DNA of 64,000 nt from an uncultured Chloroflexia bacterium (GTDB lineage: Bacteria; Chloroflexota; Limnocylindria; Limnocylindrales; CSP1-4). Positions 1 to 9,653 of this stretch are shown one piece after another (within the stretch, counting starts at the first letter, position 1; every line of letters begins with the position of its first letter). Made by a program: the position numbers and the translations under genes. The notes beneath the pieces are model-generated. The model did no database searches and was not told the DNA's origin. It worked only from the letters and a program-made list of their open reading frames with translations. The DNA is taken from NCBI GenBank assembly GCA_963728605.1, contig CAVSKS010000009.1:397447-461446 (forward strand). Reading direction: 5' to 3'.

Positions 1-2
1 CG

Positions 3-338
3 ATGATGGGCCGGATCGCTGGCGAGCGGTGCCGGCTCGTCGTCCTGACCGACGAGGACCCGCGGGGCGAGGACCCCGACGCGATCCTCGACGACATCGC
101 CGCGGGCGTCGAGGCGGCCGGCAAGCGCCGCGGCGTCGATCTGCTGCTGCTACCGGACCGTCGCGAGGCTATCGAGGCGGCCTTCGAGCGGGCCCGACCG
201 GCCGACGTCGTCGTCCTGGCGGGCAAGGGCCACGAGCAGGCGATCCTGTACGCGGATGGCCCGCAGCCGTGGAACGAGCGAGCGGTGGCCGAGGAGGTCC
301 TCGCGAACCAGGGATACGCGGCTACGACTCGCCCTTAG
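3..338 (+). CDS. murE: Mur ligase C-terminal fragment (MurE-like UDP-MurNAc-tripeptide synthetase); 5' end lies outside the window
   Basis: ORF is open to the window edge. Carries C-domain motifs TDEDPRGEDP..ILDDI and LAGKGHE. Stop at 336-338. Confidence 0.6.
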   Translation: MMGRIAGERCRLVVLTDEDPRGEDPDAILDDIAAGVEAAGKRRGVDLLLLPDRREAIEAAFERARPADVVVLAGKGHEQAILYADGPQPWNERAVAEEVLANQGYAATTRP

Positions 339-342
339 CCAG

Positions 343-1044
343 ATGCGCGGTTGCCTTTCGGTGCTGATCATTGCCGCCGCGTTCGTCGTCGGCGGCGCCT
401 GGTTCGGCGGCCCGCTGCTGGCCGCTGGGATCGTCCGCTCGGCGCTCGAGGCGTCCGACTTCGAGGGTCGCAACACGACCGTCCAGGTGGTCGCGGACCC
501 GCCGATCGAGGTCCTCCTCGGTCGCGCCGACGAGGTCCGGATCGGGGCAGACGACGCGTCGATCGAGGGCCTCGGGGCGGTACGGCTCGACGTCACGCTC
601 GCCGGCGTCGACCTCGTCGGGCGGACGTTCACCGGCCTTGCCGGCACGCTCGACGACGTCACGATCCGGGGCGAGGACGGCAGCCGGACGCGTGCGACCA
701 CCGTTGCCCTCGCCGGCCCGCCCGATGACGTCGAGGCGATCGTCCGGATCGAGCCATCCGCGGTGGACGGCCTCGTCGCGGCGGCGATCGAACGGGAGAT
801 CGGCCTGTCGGTCGGTTCGGTGTCGCTGCGCGCCCCCGACACGCTCGTGTTCACCGCCGGCCCGGTGGAGGCCACCGGCAGGCTGTTCGTCGCGGCCGAT
901 GGCTCACTGTCCCTCGCCGCGGACGTGCCTGGGAACCCACGGATCGCGATCCTCGATGCGGGTGCGCCACTCACCTTCGAGTCGGTGGCCGTCGACGAGG
1001 ACCTGGTCCTCGTCGGATCACTTGATCTCACCGAGTGGGAGTGA
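343..1044 (+). CDS. membrane-anchored DUF2993/LmeA-like protein
   Basis: ATG 343 follows the murE stop. N-terminal TM helix (VLIIAAAFVVGGAWFGG), then beta-rich segments (RIGADDASIEGLGAVRLDVTLAGVDL). Family call is by eye. Confidence 0.45.
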   Translation: MRGCLSVLIIAAAFVVGGAWFGGPLLAAGIVRSALEASDFEGRNTTVQVVADPPIEVLLGRADEVRIGADDASIEGLGAVRLDVTLAGVDLVGRTFTGLAGTLDDVTIRGEDGSRTRATTVALAGPPDDVEAIVRIEPSAVDGLVAAAIEREIGLSVGSVSLRAPDTLVFTAGPVEATGRLFVAADGSLSLAADVPGNPRIAILDAGAPLTFESVAVDEDLVLVGSLDLTEWE

Positions 1045-1235
1045 CAGCGGTTCATTCGTCGGACAAGTGGGTAGTGGCTCAATTTGAAAGGAAAAGAGGC
1101 CAGTCCCGACGAGTCCGTGCCGTTGCAATGCTGCAACAAAGGAGTACGCTGTCTGGTGCAGCAACCTCAGGCCGAAGCCGTCAAGCGGGCGTCCGTCCGT
1201 CTCCTCCGTCCCGAGGCCCAGGAAGTTGGGCCACC

Positions 1236-1595
1236 ATGGCACGGCGTGAAGCTATTGAGACCGCGCTTGCGGCTTGGCGCGACGCAGACAGACGGCTGGC
1301 GAACGCCGTCGACGGCGAGGTGGATGCGCTACGCGAAGAGGCGGAGCGTCACCGCGACGAGTTCCAGCGGCTGTCAGCACAGCACATGGTCGAGTGGATC
1401 GGCAAGCTCCACGAGGCGGAGGCCCGCCGCGCCCACGCCACACCGTCGACCCTGCCGTTCCACCTGGCCGCCCGGGACACGCAGGAGATCGCCTCCGAGA
1501 TCTGGGAGGCCGCGCGCAGCAGCGACGAGGACACCCCCGTCACCGTGGCCAACAAGCGGACCACGCCTCGGCCGGTCCGGCCGGGCACTGCCTAG
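1236..1595 (+). CDS. hypothetical coiled-coil protein
   Basis: ATG 1236 is preceded by AGGAAG 10 nt upstream. Charged helical sequence (EAIETALAAWRDADRRL..EEAERHRDEFQRL). An in-frame ATG at 1128 is an alternative start. Confidence 0.45.
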   Translation: MARREAIETALAAWRDADRRLANAVDGEVDALREEAERHRDEFQRLSAQHMVEWIGKLHEAEARRAHATPSTLPFHLAARDTQEIASEIWEAARSSDEDTPVTVANKRTTPRPVRPGTA

Positions 1596-1619
1596 CGGCC
1601 GCACCCGGCTCCTCCGGTC

Positions 1620-1625
1620 TAGGCT
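1620..1625 (+). promoter_or_regulatory. -10-like TAGGCT 6 nt upstream of GTG 1632
   Basis: TAnnnT hexamer with no SD between it and the start codon. Confidence 0.3.
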
Positions 1626-1631
1626 CTTCGG

Positions 1632-2555
1632 GTGCATGACGAAGACCTGACGGTCCGTCGGCTCAGCGGACGCGACGAGCTGGACCTGTTCCGTTCGATC
1701 TCGTACGTGCTCAACGAGGAGCTGGTGGGGGATCTCGATGCCGGCCGCCGCCGGCTCGACTGGCTGTGGCTGGCCCTGCGCGGGAACCGACTCGTCGGCC
1801 GCCTCGGTTGGTGGACCCGTTCGGCCGAAGCCCCGCCGCAGGTCCTGGACTTCCTGGACGTGTCAGACGTGGACGAAGGCGTCCGGCTCGTTGACACCGC
1901 GATGCGCGAGGTGCTGCCTGGCGGTTCGACGCCGCCGGATTACATCCGCTTCCTGCCGCCCGACTGGGCATCGGATCCGGCGCTCGTCCGCGACGTCGAC
2001 GTCCGGCGGACCGTGCTGGAGCGCCTCGGCGCCCGGCCACTGGTCGAACGGCTTCGCCTGCAATGGGACGCCGGCGGCCCGGTGCCAGAGCCCAGCGAGC
2101 GGCTGCAGTTCCGGGCCGTGGCCGACCGCGCGGAGCTGGTCGGCCTGATGACGTCGGTGCTGGAAGGCACGCTCGACGCGCACAGCCGCGCGGACCTGAC
2201 GCGGATGCCACCCGCCGAGCAGGCCAACGTCCAGTACGACGACGAGCTGGCCCGCTACACCACGCCGCGCGAGTGGTGGCGGGTCGCGACGCTGCCCGAT
2301 GGCCCACCGGTCGGGTTCGTCATCCCGGCCAGCAACGCCTACAACGCGATCATCGCCTACATCGGGGTACTGCCGGCCTTCCGGGGCAAGGGCTATGTCG
2401 ACGACATCCTCGCCGAGGGCACTCGGATCCTCGCCGCGCAGGGCGTTCCGCGCATCCGGGCCTCGACGGATGTGGGCAACCTGCCGATGGCCCGCGCCTT
2501 CGAGCGTGCCGGCTACGTCACGTTCGAGCGGCAACTCGACATGACCTGGAGCTGA
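1632..2555 (+). CDS. GNAT-family N-acetyltransferase
   Basis: C-terminal GNAT core IGVLPAFRGKGYVDDILAEGTRILAAQGVPRIRASTDVGNLPMARAFERAGY. GTG start. Confidence 0.7.
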   Translation: MHDEDLTVRRLSGRDELDLFRSISYVLNEELVGDLDAGRRRLDWLWLALRGNRLVGRLGWWTRSAEAPPQVLDFLDVSDVDEGVRLVDTAMREVLPGGSTPPDYIRFLPPDWASDPALVRDVDVRRTVLERLGARPLVERLRLQWDAGGPVPEPSERLQFRAVADRAELVGLMTSVLEGTLDAHSRADLTRMPPAEQANVQYDDELARYTTPREWWRVATLPDGPPVGFVIPASNAYNAIIAYIGVLPAFRGKGYVDDILAEGTRILAAQGVPRIRASTDVGNLPMARAFERAGYVTFERQLDMTWS

Positions 2556-2686
2556 CCGGCACGAGCCGGGACCGATGAGTTTCGGCAACACGCCCGGTCT
2601 CAATGGTTGGCGCCGGCGAGGGATGACCCGTCCGGCGCCTCCGTTTGCCCCGATCGGGGGAGGCCGGCCGAGCCGGGACCCGCTGC

Positions 2687-2692
2687 TAGACT
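2687..2692 (+). promoter_or_regulatory. -10-like TAGACT 9 nt upstream of relA ATG (candidate leaderless promoter)
   Basis: TAnnnT hexamer; no SD before ATG 2702. Confidence 0.4.
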
Positions 2693-2701
2693 CTCGGCCA
2701 C

Positions 2702-4948
2702 ATGGCGACGCCACGCACGAAGACCGAGGAAACGACGCCGGTACGGCGACCGCCGCGCCGCGCGCTGGTCCCGAGCCGCCCGGCAGGCAAGCCGGAGCAC
2801 GACCTCGGACGGCTGCGCGAGCAGCTGCTGGCCACGCTCGAGGAACACAACCCCCAGATCGACCTCGACCCCGTCAGCCGGTCGTACGATTTCGCCGTCG
2901 AGGCGCACGAGGGCCAGCTGCGGGCCTCCGGTGAGCCGTACGTCACCCATCCCATCGCCAGCGCCCAGATCCTGGCGGACCTCGGGATCGACCCGATCGC
3001 CATCCAGGCCGCCCTCCTCCACGACGTCCCCGAGGACACGGAATATTCGCTGAGCGACCTCGAGGAGCGGTTCGGGGCCGAGGTGACCCGCCTCGTGGAT
3101 GGCGTCACCAAGCTGTCCAAGTTCAGCACCCACAGCCACGAGCAGCAGCAGGCCGAGAACATCCGGAAGATGCTGCTGGCGATGGCCGAGGACATCCGGG
3201 TCGTCCTCATCAAGCTCGCCGACCGGCTCCACAACATGCGGACGCTCGCCGCCCTGCCGCCGGAGAAGCAGACCCGGATCGCCCGCCAGACGATGGAGAT
3301 CTACGCCCCGCTGGCCGAGCGCCTCGGGATCTGGCAGGTCAAGTGGGAGCTGGAGGACCTGGCCTTCAAGATCCTGGAGCCGGAGCGCTTCCGCGAGCTG
3401 GCCAAGCTGCTCGACACCCGCCGCAAGGGCCGCGAGGGCTACATCGAGCGGGCGATCGCGGAGCTCGAGCCGCGACTCAAGGATTCCGGCATCGAGGCCG
3501 ACCTCCAGGGCCGCCCGAAGCACATCTTCAGCATCTACAAGAAGATGCAGCGCAAGTCCGCCGAGTTCGGCGAGATCTACGATGTCTACGCCATCCGGAT
3601 CCTGGTCGACGAGGTCCGTGACTGCTATGCCGCCCTCGGCATCGTCCACGCCCTGTGGCGCCCGATCCCGGGCCAGTTCGACGACTACATCGCGGTTCCC
3701 AAGAACAACCTCTACCAGTCGCTCCACACCGCCGTCATCGCCCTCGACGGCAAGCCCCTCGAGATCCAGATCCGGACCCACGCCATGCACCAGGTCAGCG
3801 AGGTCGGGATCGCCGCCCACTGGCGGTACAAGGAGGGCTCCAAGAGCGACCGCGAGTACGACGCCAAGCTCGCCTGGCTGCGCCAGCTCATGGACTGGCA
3901 GCGCGACGTCTCCGATTCGGATGCCACCGAGTTCGTCGAGGGCATCAAGCTCGACATCTTCCAGGACCAGGTCTTCGTGTTCACCCCACGGGGCGACATC
4001 AAGGACCTCCCCGCCGGCGCGACGCCCCTCGACTTCGCCTACCGGATCCACACCGACGTCGGCCATCGGACGATCGGGGCCAAGGTCAACAACCGCCTGG
4101 TCCCGCTCGACTACCGGCTCAAGAACGGCGACATCGTCGAGATCGTCACGACCAAGGGCGAGCACGGGCCGTCGCGCGACTGGATGAACGTGGTCCGGAC
4201 CTCCCATGCCCGGGAGAAGATCCGGCAATGGTTCAAACGCAAGGACCGTGACGAGAACATCGTCCACGGCAAGGAATTGCTGGAACGCGAGCTGCGGCGG
4301 CTGGCCCGGACGTCGCTCGGCGCGGTGGGCAGCGAGCGCCTGGTCGAGGTCGCCAAGCAGTACAACTTCGACGCCGCCGACGACTTCTATGCCGCCATCG
4401 GCTACGGCGCGATCTCGGCCCAGCAGGTGGTAATGCGGCTTGGCGTCGTCGACGACGGCCACACCGCCCTGCCAACCGTCGCCCCGCAACAGCAGATCGC
4501 GCGGACCGGCGGGGTTCGGGTCAAGGGCGTCGGAGACCTCCTCGTCCGCTTCGCCCGCTGCTGCCACCCAATCCCGGGTGATCCGATCGTCGGCTTCATC
4601 ACCCGGGGCAAGGGCGTGACCGTCCATCTCCAGTCGTGCGGCACGGTGATCAACGAGCGCGAGGTCTCGCGGCTGATCGACGTGGAGTGGGAGGCGGCGC
4701 CGGCCCAGACCTACCCGATCGCGATCCGGGTCGAGGCCTACGACCGGACGGGCCTGCTCAACGACATCACCCAGGTCGTGGCGGAGAACAAGGTCAACAT
4801 CGTCGCCGCCGCGGTCCACGTGAACCCGGACCACACCGCGATCGTGACCTCCACGCTGCAGGTGTCGTCGGTCGCCCAGCTGGCCCGGGTGATGAGCCGG
4901 ATCGAGCAGCTCAAGGACGTCATCTCGGTCCAGCGCGACCTCGGCTGA
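2702..4948 (+). CDS. relA: bifunctional (p)ppGpp synthetase/hydrolase RelA/SpoT family
   Basis: HD hydrolase motif HPIASAQILADLGID..LLHDVPEDT; synthetase block RPKHIFSIYKKM..YDVYAIRI; TGS (VFTPRGDIKDLPAGATPLDFAY) and C-terminal ACT-like region. Confidence 0.95.
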   Translation: MATPRTKTEETTPVRRPPRRALVPSRPAGKPEHDLGRLREQLLATLEEHNPQIDLDPVSRSYDFAVEAHEGQLRASGEPYVTHPIASAQILADLGIDPIAIQAALLHDVPEDTEYSLSDLEERFGAEVTRLVDGVTKLSKFSTHSHEQQQAENIRKMLLAMAEDIRVVLIKLADRLHNMRTLAALPPEKQTRIARQTMEIYAPLAERLGIWQVKWELEDLAFKILEPERFRELAKLLDTRRKGREGYIERAIAELEPRLKDSGIEADLQGRPKHIFSIYKKMQRKSAEFGEIYDVYAIRILVDEVRDCYAALGIVHALWRPIPGQFDDYIAVPKNNLYQSLHTAVIALDGKPLEIQIRTHAMHQVSEVGIAAHWRYKEGSKSDREYDAKLAWLRQLMDWQRDVSDSDATEFVEGIKLDIFQDQVFVFTPRGDIKDLPAGATPLDFAYRIHTDVGHRTIGAKVNNRLVPLDYRLKNGDIVEIVTTKGEHGPSRDWMNVVRTSHAREKIRQWFKRKDRDENIVHGKELLERELRRLARTSLGAVGSERLVEVAKQYNFDAADDFYAAIGYGAISAQQVVMRLGVVDDGHTALPTVAPQQQIARTGGVRVKGVGDLLVRFARCCHPIPGDPIVGFITRGKGVTVHLQSCGTVINEREVSRLIDVEWEAAPAQTYPIAIRVEAYDRTGLLNDITQVVAENKVNIVAAAVHVNPDHTAIVTSTLQVSSVAQLARVMSRIEQLKDVISVQRDLG

Positions 4949-4970
4949 CCGAATTCCAGGGGGGCTCCGA

Positions 4971-7031
4971 ATGCCCGGCCCGACTTCGCCGCTCGATCTG
5001 GCCGCCTCGCTCGTGGCCGAGGGCCGCCGCCGCTACGACGAAGGCGAGCTGGCCGAGGCGCTGCCGCTCGCCCGGCAGGCGGTTGATCTCCGCCGAACCG
5101 GTGGCGCCGGGCCGGCCGAGCTGGCCGACGCGCTCCGCCTGGCCGGCGAGCTCAGCTTCGAACTGGGTGACTACGACAGGGCAAAGACGGTCGCCGACGA
5201 GGCCCTCGCGCTGGATCGGACCGCGGGAGCTGACGGCGCCGCCCTCGGCGCCGACCTCAACCTCCTTGGCGTGTGTGCCCTCGTCGTGGGCGACAACCGG
5301 ACGAGTGGCCAGCTGCTGGCCAAGAGCCTCGAGTTCCGCCAGGCGGCCCTCGGCGACGACGACCCCGAGACCATCGAGTCGCTCAACAACCTGGGTGTGG
5401 CCACCGCCCGGAGCGGCGACATGGCGGGGGCGATCCGGATCCACGAGGACGCCCTCCGCCGCTGCGAGCGATCGCTGGGCGTGCACCACCGTCGCACGGC
5501 GGAGACCCTCAATGCGCTGGCGGTCAAGCTCAACCAGGACCCGAGCACGCAGGGGAAGGCCCGGGACCTGTACGCCCGGGCACTCGAGGCGGCCGAGGCG
5601 TCGCTTGGCCCCGAACATCCGCTCGTCGCCACCCTGCTGGCCAACCTCGCCACCGCCAGGATCGACGCGGACGATCTTGCCGGCGGGCGGCAGCTCCTCG
5701 AACGGTCCGTAGCGCTCCACGAGCGCCGGTTCGGGCCGGACCATCCCAACACCGCGCACCCGATCATGTCGCTGGGCGAGCTGGAGCTCATGGAAGGGCG
5801 GCTCGAAGCCGCCAGACCGCTGATGGATCGGGCGCTCGCGATCCGGGTCAACGCGTTCGGCACGGATCATCCTGACACCGCCACCTCCGTCGAGCGGTTG
5901 GCCTGGGTCCTTGGCAACGACATGCAGCCGGACGCCGACGCCGCGGCCGATGCGGTCGCGATCTACCAGATCCACGTCGCGCTGACGGGCGGCGGTGGCG
6001 GATTCGGCTTCTTCAAGCCGCCCGGCGCCAGGCGAGAGAACGTCGACCGGGACCTGCGGGCCTACCTCGCACGCGTCGCCGGTTCATCGCCGCCGGCCGA
6101 CGCTGCCGCCGCGGCGGAACTCGAACGGGCCGACGCGCTTCGGCAGGCCGCCGACGCCCAGCTGGTCGGCGGTCGCCTGGACGAAGCCGCAGCGGGCTAC
6201 CAGGCGGCCATCGAGGCGATGGAATTGGCCCGCGGGCCAGGCCATGCGGCGCTGGTCGAGCCGCTCCGGCGCCTCGCCGCGATCGAGACGGCCCGCGAAC
6301 GGATGCCGCAGGCGCTCGCCCTCGAGGAACGGGCGGTCGCCATCCTCGCCCGCGAGTACGGCGACAGCCATCCTCATACGATCATGGCCCTCACGATGCT
6401 CAAGCTCGCTCGCGTGCAGGAGTACGGCGATGGCGCGGGTCGCGAGGTGGCTGACCGGATGCTCGCGGCGGTGCCCGAGGGGTCCGACGAACCGGCCATC
6501 CAGTTCCTGCGGCGGTCCGTCGAGCTCCAGCGAGAGCAGATCCCCGACGACGCGGTGGCCGACCCGATCGGCCTCACCGAACGACGCCGGCAGGCGATCG
6601 AGGCGACCCAACCACTGGCCGAGCCGTCGTTCGCCGACCTTACGGGTGACGAGGGGCGGGAGCTGTCGTTTCTGATGGCAGATGACCGGATCGTCGTCAA
6701 GGACGCCACGAGACGGGTCCAGCAGATGGTCTTCGACAACGGCGGGGAGCTGAGCGATCGGGCCGCGGTGCTGGTTCCACAGCTGATCCGGATTGCCGGC
6801 GACCCGCGCGTTCGCGGGCGGGTCGGCGCGGCGGCCATCGCGGCGGCCGCCGTTCGGGCGGCTCGCCTGCCCGACGGGCCCCCGGTCGCGGCGGCGGTCC
6901 TGGCGCTGGAGCCGGCCCTTCGAGCCGTGCTCGCCGACCTCGAAGGGAGTAATGACGAAACGGGGGAGCGCGCCGGGACCCTGCGGGACTGGCTGGATCA
7001 AGGGGCAGGAGACGCAGATGCTGGCGGCTGA
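4971..7031 (+). CDS. TPR-repeat protein (TPR_12/kinesin-light-chain-like repeats) with an uncharacterised C-terminal half
   Basis: Repeated ~42-aa units such as LNNLGVATARSGDMAGAIRIHEDALRRCERSLGVHHRRTAETL. Lies 22 nt downstream of relA. Confidence 0.7.
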   Translation: MPGPTSPLDLAASLVAEGRRRYDEGELAEALPLARQAVDLRRTGGAGPAELADALRLAGELSFELGDYDRAKTVADEALALDRTAGADGAALGADLNLLGVCALVVGDNRTSGQLLAKSLEFRQAALGDDDPETIESLNNLGVATARSGDMAGAIRIHEDALRRCERSLGVHHRRTAETLNALAVKLNQDPSTQGKARDLYARALEAAEASLGPEHPLVATLLANLATARIDADDLAGGRQLLERSVALHERRFGPDHPNTAHPIMSLGELELMEGRLEAARPLMDRALAIRVNAFGTDHPDTATSVERLAWVLGNDMQPDADAAADAVAIYQIHVALTGGGGGFGFFKPPGARRENVDRDLRAYLARVAGSSPPADAAAAAELERADALRQAADAQLVGGRLDEAAAGYQAAIEAMELARGPGHAALVEPLRRLAAIETARERMPQALALEERAVAILAREYGDSHPHTIMALTMLKLARVQEYGDGAGREVADRMLAAVPEGSDEPAIQFLRRSVELQREQIPDDAVADPIGLTERRRQAIEATQPLAEPSFADLTGDEGRELSFLMADDRIVVKDATRRVQQMVFDNGGELSDRAAVLVPQLIRIAGDPRVRGRVGAAAIAAAAVRAARLPDGPPVAAAVLALEPALRAVLADLEGSNDETGERAGTLRDWLDQGAGDADAGG

Positions 7032-7111
7032 TGAGCAATCCAACCGGCACGCCGCCGCGAATGCACCCGTGAGCCTTCCCGCCGCCGGCGCGGGGACGTG
7101 AGGGGACCAAG

Positions 7112-7951
7112 TTGGCGCGCGACGATGTGCTGCAGGAGATCAGGCGGCTCGACCCGGTGGCCGACCACCAGCGGATCGCGTTCCTGACCTCGCTCCACGA
7201 GTTCCCGTGGGACACAACGCGATCACTGGAGCTGGCGCTGTTCCGGGCGTTTGCGGTCGCCAAGGGCACGGCGCTGCTGGCAGGCACCGGCGAATTCACC
7301 CGGCGGACCCAGAAACGCTACGACGACACGGTCCTGCTGCTTGCCGAGATCCTCGAGCATGGCTACGACAGCGGTCGGGGCAAAGCGGCGCTGCGCCGGA
7401 TGAACCAGATGCACGGCCGCCATCCGATTCCCAACGACGAGTTCCTGTACGTCCTGTCGACCTTCGTGTTCGAGCCGATCCGCTGGAACGAACGCTTCGG
7501 GTGGCGACCGCTGATCGAAGCCGAGAAGCTCGCGTCGTTCCATTTCTGGCGCCAGATCGCTCGACGGATGGCACTCAAGGACGTCCCCGAGACCTACGAG
7601 GCGCTGGAGTCGTACTACGAGTCCTTCGCCCGGGAGCACTACCGGTTCGCCCCCGAGAACCTGGCACTCGCGGTCGCGACGCGCGACCTGTTGCTCGGCT
7701 GGTATCTGCCGAAGCTGCTCTGGCCCATCGGCCGGCCCTTCGTGCACGCCCTGATGGACGACCAGCTCCTTGCCGCGACCGGCCTACCGAAGCCGCACCT
7801 GGCGGTGCGGCGCCTGGCGGAGGCCGCGATTCGGACCCGCAGCCGGATCGTTCGCCGCCTGCCGGCTCGTCGGAAGCCGCGGTTGATCACCGCGCGTCGG
7901 CACCCCACCTATCCGAATGGCTACCAGATCGAGGAACTCGGCGTCCACTGA
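7112..7951 (+). CDS. MpaB/DUF2236-family putative oxygenase
   Basis: TTG start after GAGGGGA. Sequence RIAFLTSLHEFPWDTTRSLELALFRAF..RRMNQMHGRHPIPNDEFLYVLSTF resembles the DUF2236 family by eye. Confidence 0.5.
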   Translation: MARDDVLQEIRRLDPVADHQRIAFLTSLHEFPWDTTRSLELALFRAFAVAKGTALLAGTGEFTRRTQKRYDDTVLLLAEILEHGYDSGRGKAALRRMNQMHGRHPIPNDEFLYVLSTFVFEPIRWNERFGWRPLIEAEKLASFHFWRQIARRMALKDVPETYEALESYYESFAREHYRFAPENLALAVATRDLLLGWYLPKLLWPIGRPFVHALMDDQLLAATGLPKPHLAVRRLAEAAIRTRSRIVRRLPARRKPRLITARRHPTYPNGYQIEELGVH

Positions 7952-7986
7952 CGTCGGCGCCGCACTGCCCAGGGCGAATTGCAGGA

Positions 7987-8172
7987 TCAGGCGGACTGGC
8001 CGTCCGACGCCGCGGTCTCCTCGACGAGCGGCTCGTCGAGCAGCCAGATCGACTCGTCGATGGCCTCGGCAAGGGTGCAGACGGCCTCCCGCTCGCTCGC
8101 GGGAGCGGCCTCGTAGGTGGACTTGAGCTCACACAGCCGATCGAACCAGACCCGACGCTCGTACTTGCTCAT
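7987..8172 (-). CDS. small hypothetical acidic protein (61 aa)
   Basis: ATG at 8172 (minus strand) with GAAGG 8 nt upstream. Convergent with the MpaB-like gene. Confidence 0.35.
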   Translation of the reverse strand: MSKYERRVWFDRLCELKSTYEAAPASEREAVCTLAEAIDESIWLLDEPLVEETAASDGQSA

Positions 8173-8343
8173 GACGTTCGCCTTCTTGCCGCTGCCCCGG
8201 TCACCTCGTAGGCCGGAATGGGCGGAACGGTAGGCTTCCGTCGAGCCGGCAACGATCGCCCGAACGGTCAATTGGCAGGGGCGAGTCGTCATACGTGCCG
8301 GTCACGCAGGCTGCGTAGGCCGCCCGGGGCGATGCCGCCCGGC

Positions 8344-8349
8344 TAGACT
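8344..8349 (+). promoter_or_regulatory. -10-like TAGACT 8 nt upstream of hisS ATG (candidate leaderless promoter)
   Basis: TAnnnT hexamer; no SD. Confidence 0.4.
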
Positions 8350-8357
8350 TCGGCCCG

Positions 8358-9644
8358 ATGCCCGACCTCCGCGCCCCCAGGGGCACTCGCGACCTGCTGC
8401 CGCCGGAACGGTCGGCCGTGCTGCGCCTCGAACGGATCGCCGCCGACCTCTGTGTCCGGTATGGCTACAAACCCATCGAAACGCCGATGTTCGAGCAGGC
8501 ATCGGTGTACGAGCGCGGCGTCGGCGACACGACCGACGTCGTCGAGAAGGAGCTGTTCCGGCTCCAGCCGCGGACCGAGGACGGCGAGCAGTGGGCCCTC
8601 CGCCCGGAGCCCACGGCCGGGATCGCCCGGGCCTACGTCCAGCACGGGATGCAGACGCTGCCCCAGCCGGTGAAGCTGACGATGACCGGCCCGATGTTCC
8701 GTTATGACCGGCCCCAGGCCGGCCGCTACCGCCAGTTCTGGCAGTTCGACGTCGAGGCGATCGGCGATCCCGGACCGGCGATCGATGCCGAGATCATCGA
8801 GCTGGCGAACCGGTTCTACACCGAGGCCGGCCTGCCCGGGGTCACGATCCTGCTCAACTCGATCGGCGATGCCGCCTGCCGGCCGGCGTACCTCGATGCC
8901 CTGAAGGCCTGGTACCGGCCACACGCCGAGCGGCTGCCGGCGATCGAGCGGTCGCGGCTCGAACGCAACCCGCTGCGTCTCCTCGACTCGAGCGAGCCGG
9001 CGTTGACCGAGCTGAACGCCGGTGCGCCGCTCATCACTGATCACCTGTGCGAGGCCTGCACGGAACACTTCGTGGCTGTCCGCACCCACCTCGACGCGCT
9101 GGGCGTTGCCTATCGGTTGGAGCCCCGCCTTGTCCGCGGCCTCGACTACTACACCCGGACCGCATTCGAGGTTTACCCCGCGGGCGCCGAGAGCCAGCAG
9201 TCGGCCGTCGGCGGTGGCGGACGGTACGACGGCCTGGTGGAGCTGCTGGGCGGGCGGCCGACGCCGGGCATCGGCTTCGGTCTTGGCCTCGATCGGACGG
9301 TCCTTGCGATCGCCGCCGCGGGGCGGGAATCCGAGCCGGAGCCGGCGCCACTCGCCGTCGTGGTCGGCGCGGATCCCGGGGCCACCGTGGAGCGGCTCCG
9401 TGTTGCCACGGACCTGCGGTCGGCGGGCCTGGTCGCCAGGGCAGATCTCAGCCACCGCAAGCTCGGTCGCCAGCTCGAGGCCGCGTCCAAGGAGCACGCC
9501 CACTTCGCGGTGATCCTGGGCGACGAGCTGACCGAAGGCCAGGTCCAGCTGCGCGACCTGGAAGCCGGCACTCAGCGTCTACTGCCGGTCGCCGATCTGG
9601 CCCGCGAGCTGGCCCGTGCCGGGAAGGCCCATCACCACGGCTGA
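8358..9644 (+). CDS. hisS: histidine--tRNA ligase
   Basis: N-terminus PRGTRDLLP..., class II motifs, FRYDRPQAGRYRQFWQFDVE, GGGGRYDGL. Confidence 0.95.
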   Translation: MPDLRAPRGTRDLLPPERSAVLRLERIAADLCVRYGYKPIETPMFEQASVYERGVGDTTDVVEKELFRLQPRTEDGEQWALRPEPTAGIARAYVQHGMQTLPQPVKLTMTGPMFRYDRPQAGRYRQFWQFDVEAIGDPGPAIDAEIIELANRFYTEAGLPGVTILLNSIGDAACRPAYLDALKAWYRPHAERLPAIERSRLERNPLRLLDSSEPALTELNAGAPLITDHLCEACTEHFVAVRTHLDALGVAYRLEPRLVRGLDYYTRTAFEVYPAGAESQQSAVGGGGRYDGLVELLGGRPTPGIGFGLGLDRTVLAIAAAGRESEPEPAPLAVVVGADPGATVERLRVATDLRSAGLVARADLSHRKLGRQLEAASKEHAHFAVILGDELTEGQVQLRDLEAGTQRLLPVADLARELARAGKAHHHG

Positions 9645-9653
9645 CTGAGCGGA

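Noticed and set aside
1045-1235. Relatively AT-richer spacer with hairpin GTTGCAatgcTGCAAC and an AAAGGAG, considered as an sRNA or riboswitch
   Set aside because: No match to any conserved RNA core I know. The hairpin contains an in-frame ATG (1128) of the downstream ORF, so the region may simply be 5' coding sequence or leader.
2600-4834. 744-aa ORF antisense to relA
   Set aside because: Arg/Gly/Asp/Leu-rich low-complexity translation with no recognisable motifs. This is a typical shadow ORF of a high-GC gene, and the + strand encodes an unmistakable RelA/SpoT.
8173-8357. T-box or other riboswitch leaders upstream of hisS (and likewise aspS 10865-10921, alaS 31291-31404)
   Set aside because: The spacers are short. 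They lack the T-box core (no AGAGA / GGTGGTACCGCG-like elements) and terminator/antiterminator pairs. A -10-like hexamer sits only 8-9 nt from each ATG.
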